Origin: Candidatus Magasanikiibacteriota bacterium
Lineage (GTDB): Bacteria; Patescibacteriota; Patescibacteriia; Magasanikbacterales; UBA922
DNA length: 64,000 bases
Direction: 5' to 3'
Assembly (NCBI GenBank): GCA_018651085.1
Contig: JABIEQ010000002.1
Span: 12,777-76,776 of the forward strand
This document shows positions 58,246 through 64,000 of the stretch, piece after piece. Under the pieces are notes generated by a model. That model had not been told where the DNA came from, did not search any database, and was given only the letters and a program-made list of their open reading frames with translations. Each line of letters starts with the position of its first letter. Within the stretch, counting starts at the first letter, position 1. The position numbers were made by a program, and so were the translations under genes.

Positions 58246-59580
58246 ATGTCAGACGTTGCAAAGGCAATTCAGCACATTTGTGATGAAAAAGGACTCGAAT
58301 ATGATGTCGTGCTTGAGGCTATCCAAACTGCTCTAGGAGCAGCATATCGTAAAGATTTTGGAAGTCGCCAAGGAAATTATAAGGTGAAGTTTAGTGTAGA
58401 AACAGGGGATATTCAAGTGTGGGATGTGAAGGAAGTTGTTGACGATGTTGATGAAGAACAATTAGAAAAAGATCAAGAAGAACTTACTCGTCGTCGTGAA
58501 GCAGCACAAACAGAAGGACGTGATCTAACTGATGAAGAAGTTGAAGATTTGGTTCGCTTTAATCCGAAAATGCAAATCATGATGAGTGAAGTAAAAGCAA
58601 TTAAAAAAGATGCTGTGATTGGTGAAATTCTTGAAATTGAACAAGAGGTACCAGGAGAATTTGGTCGCATGGCTGCGCAAACAGCAAAACAAGTTGTAAT
58701 TCAAAAACTTCGTGAAGCAGAAAGAAATAGTGTTTACGATGATTTCAAACATCAAGAAGGACAAATTGTGTCTGGTATTGTTCAACGACGAGATCGATCG
58801 GGATCTATTATTGTTGATCTTGGAAAAATTACAGGAATTGTTGGACAAGATGATCAAGTAAAAGGAGAACGATATAGACCAGGTGAACGAATGCAGTTTT
58901 TTGTTATTTCTGTTGAGATGGGAAGCCGTGGACCTCAAATCATGCTTTCTCGTACTCGTAAAGATATGGTTCGTGTTGTTTTTGAACAAGAAATTCCTGA
59001 AATTGGTTCAGGTGAAGTGGTGATTAAAGATATTTCTCGAGAACCAGGGCAACGGTCAAAAGTCGCTGTGTGGACTGATGATGGTTCTATTGATCCAATT
59101 GGATCGTGTATTGGTCAACGAGGAAGTCGTATTACTACTATTATTGAAGAACTTGGTGGAGAAAAAATTGATATTATTCAATATAGTGATAATGCTGAAG
59201 AATTTATCAAACATGCATTGTCACCTGCTAAAATTATACGGGTGGAATTGAATGAAGAGACTAAAGATGCAATTGCTTTTGTTGCTGAAGATCAATTTTC
59301 ACTTGCAATTGGACGGAATGGACAAAATGTTCGTTTAGCTGCTGAACTTACTGGATGGAAAATTAAAGTTCAACAAGATGGTACTGATACTGTTGTTTCA
59401 AGTGAAGACGAAGCCGAAAATGCCGAGGCTTCTGTTTCTACAGAATCTTCAACAGAAGAAGAATCTGAAAAGGAAGAAGTAACAGAAGAACCAAAAGCAA
59501 AAAAAGAAGAACTAAAAGAAGAAGACACTGTTATTGAACCTTCTACTGACGAAAAAACTGATACAAAGGATGCATCATAA
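58246..59580 (+). CDS. nusA: Transcription termination factor NusA
   Basis: FGRMAAQTAKQV, REPGQRSK, GEKIDII, AIGRNGQNVRLA. Confidence 0.97.
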   Translation: MSDVAKAIQHICDEKGLEYDVVLEAIQTALGAAYRKDFGSRQGNYKVKFSVETGDIQVWDVKEVVDDVDEEQLEKDQEELTRRREAAQTEGRDLTDEEVEDLVRFNPKMQIMMSEVKAIKKDAVIGEILEIEQEVPGEFGRMAAQTAKQVVIQKLREAERNSVYDDFKHQEGQIVSGIVQRRDRSGSIIVDLGKITGIVGQDDQVKGERYRPGERMQFFVISVEMGSRGPQIMLSRTRKDMVRVVFEQEIPEIGSGEVVIKDISREPGQRSKVAVWTDDGSIDPIGSCIGQRGSRITTIIEELGGEKIDIIQYSDNAEEFIKHALSPAKIIRVELNEETKDAIAFVAEDQFSLAIGRNGQNVRLAAELTGWKIKVQQDGTDTVVSSEDEAENAEASVSTESSTEEESEKEEVTEEPKAKKEELKEEDTVIEPSTDEKTDTKDAS

Positions 59581-59661
59581 GATATAAAGGAATTATTTTT
59601 TCTTTAGGATTGAGTGTTCTTTTTTCCCGTGCTATACTTTTTACGTTTACTATTATTTTTT

Positions 59662-60429
59662 ATGGAATTTATTCGTTCTATCTTTGAAGCAATTCTCTTT
59701 CAACCATTGTTTAATGGTTTTGTAGGATTGTACAACATTATCCCAGACGTTGGTGTTGTTATTGTTATTATTACGGTTCTTTTGAAACTCGTTCTTCATC
59801 CGCTTACCTCTAAATCTATTAAGGCACAAAAATCTCTTCAAGATTTACAGCCAAGGATAAAGGAGGTTAAAGAAAAGTTTAAAGGTGATCAACAACGTCT
59901 TGCACAAGAAACCATGAAGCTTTATAAGGAACATAAGGTAAATCCTTTGGGATCATGTCTTCCTATTTTGGTGCAGTTACCTGTATTTTTGGCATTATAT
60001 TGGGTTCTTAGAGATGGGTTAACGAATGCAAACTTTGATTTACTCTATTCATTTGTTTCAAATCCAGAATCGATTAATGTGATTAGTCTTGGTTTTTTTG
60101 ATCTTGGAAAATCCAATATTGTGCTTGCCCTTCTTGCTGGTGCTGCACAATTCTTCCAAGCTAAAATGATGTTTGCCAAGCGCGCTCCTAAAGCTGCTGG
60201 TAGTGGCGCAAAGGACGAAAATATGATGGCGATGATGAATAAGCAAATGTTGTATTTCATGCCAATTATTACTGTGGTTATTGCTATGCAGTTGCCAGCT
60301 GGACTTTCTCTTTATTGGTTTTTGTCTACGCTTATTACCGCGATTCATCAATTTTTCTTATTTCGTAAGAAAAAGGATGTTGGATCCACTGCTGTTATTG
60401 AAGGGAAACTTGTTGACGACGAAAAATAG
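59662..60429 (+). CDS. yidC: Membrane protein insertase YidC (short form)
   Basis: LYKEHKVNPLGSCLPILVQLP, PAGLSLYW. Confidence 0.94.
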   Translation: MEFIRSIFEAILFQPLFNGFVGLYNIIPDVGVVIVIITVLLKLVLHPLTSKSIKAQKSLQDLQPRIKEVKEKFKGDQQRLAQETMKLYKEHKVNPLGSCLPILVQLPVFLALYWVLRDGLTNANFDLLYSFVSNPESINVISLGFFDLGKSNIVLALLAGAAQFFQAKMMFAKRAPKAAGSGAKDENMMAMMNKQMLYFMPIITVVIAMQLPAGLSLYWFLSTLITAIHQFFLFRKKKDVGSTAVIEGKLVDDEK

Positions 60430-60434
60430 TATAT

Positions 60435-60722
60435 ATGAATGTATCTTTTCAACAACTTAAAGGTTGTCGTGTTGAGACGGTATCTGGTATGTTTTTAGGT
60501 AAGGTTTCTACTATTTTTTTTGAAACGGATGGGCAGCTTATTACTCATTATGTTGTGAAAAAAGGTTTTTTTTCTGAAAGTAAGCATATTAGTCGTGAGC
60601 AGATTGTACGATTTTCTGAAAATATACTTCTTGTTGACGATACACTTTCTTCTGTTTCTTCGTTAGAAGAGCAAATGCTTTCTGGTATACAGTCTGAAGC
60701 ACTTGTTATGGATGAGGTATAA
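60435..60722 (+). CDS. PRC-barrel domain protein
   Basis: QLKGCRVETVSG..LGKV..I.F. Confidence 0.75.
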   Translation: MNVSFQQLKGCRVETVSGMFLGKVSTIFFETDGQLITHYVVKKGFFSESKHISREQIVRFSENILLVDDTLSSVSSLEEQMLSGIQSEALVMDEV

Positions 60723-60805
60723 TAATTTTGTAATATATATTTTAAACTACCCCTTAGGGGGTAGTTTTTGTTTTTTATGGGAATTAGGTACACTATGAGT
60801 GTATT

Positions 60806-61750
60806 ATGTTAGATATTCATAAACAATCTATTTTACAGACATTAGCTTATTTTGATTTGTTTGATCATCCTCTTACGGTTTTTGAATTGTATCGGTGGCG
60901 ATGGGGTAATATTCCTATTCCTTTTTTAGATTTTCTGATATGTATTGATGAACTTGTAACACAAGGTCAGATTTTTTCTCTTTCTGGTTATTATGGTTTG
61001 TCTGATAGAGAAGGACTTATCGTATCTATTCGTGAAACACGTGTTGAACTTATTCATAGAAAAATGGCCGTTGCTGTTCGGGGTATTAAGCTTCTTCGTT
61101 TTGTGCCTTTTATTCGTGCGGTGTTTGTGTGTAATACTGTTGCTGCTGGAGTTGCTAATGAAAAAAGTGATATTGATTTATTTATAGTTTCGAAAGAACA
61201 TCGCTTATGGCTTGTTCGTTTTTTTTCTACATTGCTGTTACGTTTTTTTCGATTACGTACTATGGGAAGGAAGACTTCAAATCGTTTATGCTTGAGTTTT
61301 TTTGTGAGCGATAAGTCACTTTCTTTTTCTTCTTTTTCCCTTAAAGATGATATATATCTTCATTATTGGCTTTTACAATTATTGCCCGTGTATGATCCAT
61401 ATAATGTATTATCTTCTTTATTTTTAGAACATAATATTTCATCATCTCTTTCGATCTCTGCTTTTTCTTCTCTAACCTCTCGTTGGGGTATTATTGATAT
61501 TTTTTTCACACGTGTGTGGAGATCTTTTTTTGAGCGTATATGGGGTGGTGGATATGGGTCTTTTTTAGAGAAACAAGCAAAATCTTTTCAACTATTTCAA
61601 CCGTATCTTCGTAAGGTTACAGAACAGTCAGATATGGGGCATATTTTGCTTTCTGATGATATAATAAAGTTGCATGATCCTGATAGACGAGCAGAGTATA
61701 AAAAAAAATGGCAAGAACGATACATTTCTTTACAAACAAAAACACACTAG
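60806..61750 (+). CDS. Hypothetical protein with nucleotidyltransferase-like motif
   Basis: TLAYFDLFDHPLT; VAAG...SDIDLFIV. Confidence 0.65.
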   Translation: MLDIHKQSILQTLAYFDLFDHPLTVFELYRWRWGNIPIPFLDFLICIDELVTQGQIFSLSGYYGLSDREGLIVSIRETRVELIHRKMAVAVRGIKLLRFVPFIRAVFVCNTVAAGVANEKSDIDLFIVSKEHRLWLVRFFSTLLLRFFRLRTMGRKTSNRLCLSFFVSDKSLSFSSFSLKDDIYLHYWLLQLLPVYDPYNVLSSLFLEHNISSSLSISAFSSLTSRWGIIDIFFTRVWRSFFERIWGGGYGSFLEKQAKSFQLFQPYLRKVTEQSDMGHILLSDDIIKLHDPDRRAEYKKKWQERYISLQTKTH

Positions 61751-61768
61751 AAATGTAGTGTGTTTTTG
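61739..61768. terminator. Bidirectional terminator
   Basis: AAAACACACTA-GAAATG-TAGTGTGTTTT. Confidence 0.75.
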
Positions 61769-61819
61769 TAGGGACCCCTGGCGTGCGTTCGCCAGAGATC
61801 GATGAAGAGGAGACGCGTA

Positions 61820-61951
61820 TTATCGCAGCGCCATGTACAAAATACAGAATAGACCCACCCGGAACATATGGGTGAAGGTGTACAACCACAATGCATTAGC
61901 AATCTTGTCCATGATTGCGTTCTCTCGCTGACTTCCTTGTCTGGCGCTCAT
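61820..61951 (-). CDS. 43-aa peptide with hydrophobic C-terminus (cassette F; type I toxin-like)
   Basis: Hand translation MSARQGSQRENAIMDKIANALWLYTFTHMFRVGLFCILYMALR; SD AGGGAG; minus-strand promoter TTGACA-17-TATGGT (62073-62045). Confidence 0.6.
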   Translation of the reverse strand: MSARQGSQRENAIMDKIANALWLYTFTHMFRVGLFCILYMALR

Positions 61952-62066
61952 AGGGTCTCCCTGGTTTGTGTTTCCTCTTCTATCCTTGTTTGTTCCAATT
62001 TCGGTCCACCATCTTTGGTGTGTAACCGCTTTTGAAAACAGTAGACCATATCATAGCTTTACTTTT

Positions 62067-63440
62067 ATGTCAAGTATACCGGCTTTCTTTCATCCCATAA
62101 GTAAATCCTTATTTTCCTTTTTTTTAGGGCTTTTTTTGTTCTTTTTTCCTTGGCAGACGGCCTGGGTTTATCATGAACGTTTTTTGGGAGGAGTAACGTG
62201 GCAGTATGCGATAGAACAGTTTTATCTTGTAGAAATATTTTTGTGGGGTGCTGTATGTTGTCTTTTTATATATTATGTTCGTCGATTGTTTTTTTTACGC
62301 TCATCTATAGCCTTGCGACTTACCCGGGATAGAATATTTTTTTTGTCTCTTTTGGGTTTTTGCATTTTTGTATTTTCTTCTCTTGTTTGGGCAACAGACT
62401 CTCGTATAGCATATAATCATGCATTTCACCTTCTTGAAGGGGGACTTGTTTTTCTTTGTTTATTTGTAGGGCCCATATCATTTTCTCGTGTGTGTGCATT
62501 ATTTTCTTTTGGGGCTGTGGTTCCTAGCATACTTGGTATATGGCAATTTTTTTCTCAATCTACTTTTTCATTTTCCTTGTTAGGATTAAGCAAACATCCA
62601 GTTATTGAAGCTGGAACATCAGTCATTGTGTCTAGTGGAGGAGAACGTTTATTACGAGCATATGGATCATTTCCTCATCCAAATATATTTGGGGGGTATC
62701 TGGTACTCGTACTTATGTGTATGATGTGTTTGTATTTTTTTTCTCGGGTTAGATATCAGCGTTATGGCATACTGTTGGGTATTTGTTTTTTTACAGCGAC
62801 GTTGTTTTTGACATTTAGTCGTTCAGCTATGCTTTCTTTTTTGTGTAGTATTTTTTTGTTATGTGTTTTAATCTTTGTATTTTTTCGTCGCAATAAAAAA
62901 GTGTTCCTACGGTTATGTACTCTTATCGTTTGTGTGGGTATTGTGTTGGTAGGCTTTGTTGCGTTATATCCTTCTTTTGTCTATAACCGTATTCATGGAG
63001 TGGGGGCAACAGAAGTGCGATCTTTAGATGAACGACTTTCTTCTTTTTCTGATGCAAAATATTTGTTTTCTACGGCACCTATTATTGGTGTTGGGGTAGG
63101 GAATTATACGGCTGCTCTTACGTTTGTATATCCTAATTTGCCGGCTTGGGCGTATCAGCCAGTACATAATGTATTTTTTCTTATATTGGTGGAACTTGGT
63201 ATTGTCGGATTTGTAGGTATTGCATGTATGAGTGTGCTATATATTTTATTTTTATCGTTTTGTGGAGCAAAAATTCATAGAGTATTTCTGTTCATATTAT
63301 TTTTGTTTCCAATACTCCCACTACTTCTTTTTGATCATTATTTATGGTCACTTTTTCCTGGAGTAATGCTTTTAGCTGTGTACGTAGCATTATTTGGTCG
63401 CTTGTCCACACATCGTACACCTGTTATACACATTGTATAG
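62067..63440 (+). CDS. O-antigen ligase/polymerase-family membrane protein
   Basis: RAYGSFPHPN, LTFSRS, GVGVGNY, PVHN..L..LVELG; start moved to MSSIPA. Confidence 0.9.
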   Translation: MSSIPAFFHPISKSLFSFFLGLFLFFFPWQTAWVYHERFLGGVTWQYAIEQFYLVEIFLWGAVCCLFIYYVRRLFFLRSSIALRLTRDRIFFLSLLGFCIFVFSSLVWATDSRIAYNHAFHLLEGGLVFLCLFVGPISFSRVCALFSFGAVVPSILGIWQFFSQSTFSFSLLGLSKHPVIEAGTSVIVSSGGERLLRAYGSFPHPNIFGGYLVLVLMCMMCLYFFSRVRYQRYGILLGICFFTATLFLTFSRSAMLSFLCSIFLLCVLIFVFFRRNKKVFLRLCTLIVCVGIVLVGFVALYPSFVYNRIHGVGATEVRSLDERLSSFSDAKYLFSTAPIIGVGVGNYTAALTFVYPNLPAWAYQPVHNVFFLILVELGIVGFVGIACMSVLYILFLSFCGAKIHRVFLFILFLFPILPLLLFDHYLWSLFPGVMLLAVYVALFGRLSTHRTPVIHIV

Positions 63441-63499
63441 TTTTTATCTTTTGTATAGCTATAATTGACACTACCTTCTATTCATGACACACTATACGT

Positions 63500-63629
63500 G
63501 TCGTGGATAAAGAGCTTATTGGCGGCTATAGGCGCGATGTGTTCGCCATTTGATTTCGTGTGACGACAGGCATCACGGAATCGATAATGGACGGCATGTC
63601 GAGCTTATTGCCACCTATAGGCTTTTTTT
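63500..63629 (+). ncRNA. Candidate structured sRNA: long stem between twin hairpins
   Basis: 22-nt direct repeats 63512-63533 and 63601-63622; long central stem; T-run; TTGACA at 63465. Confidence 0.55.
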
Positions 63630-63681
63630 AATTGTAGGATTCTTGACAGCCCTATTTTTTTTATATAAGATAGGGCTGTTA

Positions 63682-63708
63682 TTATCACTCAAACAAGTGG
63701 AGTGATAA
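63682..63708 (+). promoter_or_regulatory. CIRCE (HrcA operator), variant
   Basis: TTATCACTC-N9-GAGTGATAA versus consensus TTAGCACTC-N9-GAGTGCTAA; directly upstream of groES and downstream of TTGACA-17-TAAGAT. Confidence 0.85.
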
Positions 63709-63738
63709 TCTTTCCTTTTAATATATACTTATATTTAT

Positions 63739-64000
63739 ATGATGATTAAACCACTTGGGGATCGAGTTGTTGTAGAACAATTAAAACAAGAAGAAATGAC
63801 TAAATCAGGTATTTTTCTTCCTGGTAATAGTGATAAAGAAAAAAAAGCTGAAGCTGTTGTCATGGCTGTCGGCTCTGGACGAGTATTAGAAAATGGTACA
63901 CTTGCCCCTATGCCTGTTTCTGTTGGACAAACTATTTTAATGAAAACGTGGGGAGGAGATGATGTGAAAATTGAAGGAAAAGAGTATAAAATTGTTTCTG
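63739..64000 (+). CDS. groES: Co-chaperonin GroES (3' truncated)
   Basis: IKPLGDRVVV, TKSGIFLP, AVGSGR, by hand translation. Confidence 0.95.
   Translation, partial: MMIKPLGDRVVVEQLKQEEMTKSGIFLPGNSDKEKKAEAVVMAVGSGRVLENGTLAPMPVSVGQTILMKTWGGDDVKIEGKEYKIVS

Noticed and set aside
304-61889. Numerous 60-160 aa ORFs overlapping or antisense to conserved genes (e.g. 304-633, 22343-22780, 42875-43276, 53428-53913)
   Set aside because: Shadow frames with no motifs or independent expression signals.
63512-63622. Two 22-nt direct repeats as a mini CRISPR array
   Set aside because: Only two units, a 67-nt self-complementary spacer and no cas genes in the window; better explained as a structured RNA.
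1-64000. Alternative genetic code (UGA=Gly, as in Gracilibacteria/Absconditabacteria)
   Set aside because: Conserved genes are full length under the standard code, with no in-frame TGA interruptions.

Overview
AT-rich bacterial chromosome segment, standard genetic code. Gene content (aaRS cluster, orphan family-5 binding protein, CSLREA/beta-helix surface protein, many glycosyltransferases, almost no biosynthetic genes) and core genes without Shine-Dalgarno (SD) motifs suggest a Patescibacteria/CPR genome; this is inference. The housekeeping backbone comprises valS-tyrS-argS, rplS, rpmE-prfA-prmC, secG, rnj, trpR-trpS, rpmF-nusB-rnc-tRNA-Lys-tRNA-Arg, mltG, queA/tgt, uvrD, ndk, rpmB (absent from the ORF track), rpsL-rpsG-fusA, nusA, yidC and groES with a variant CIRCE, plus tRNA-Leu and RNase P RNA. 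Three things stand out. (1) At least six dispersed orphan cassettes share one layout: hairpin-containing 5' UTR, strong SD, GC-richer orphan ORF or peptide and structured 3' UTR; five have a clear sigma70 promoter and five a clear terminator. Two look like type I toxin mRNAs and one encodes an (X-X-Pro)n peptide. (2) A six-gene operon (nitroreductase, Leu/Phe/Val dehydrogenase, PaaK-like CoA ligase, Rv1355c/OxzB-like ThiF, alpha/beta hydrolase, membrane histidine kinase) looks like a make-degrade-sense small-molecule signalling module. (3) Four unassigned promoter-driven structured RNAs lie at about 39.9, 42.1-42.5, 48.7 and 63.5 kb. All structures were read by eye; no folding program or database search was run.
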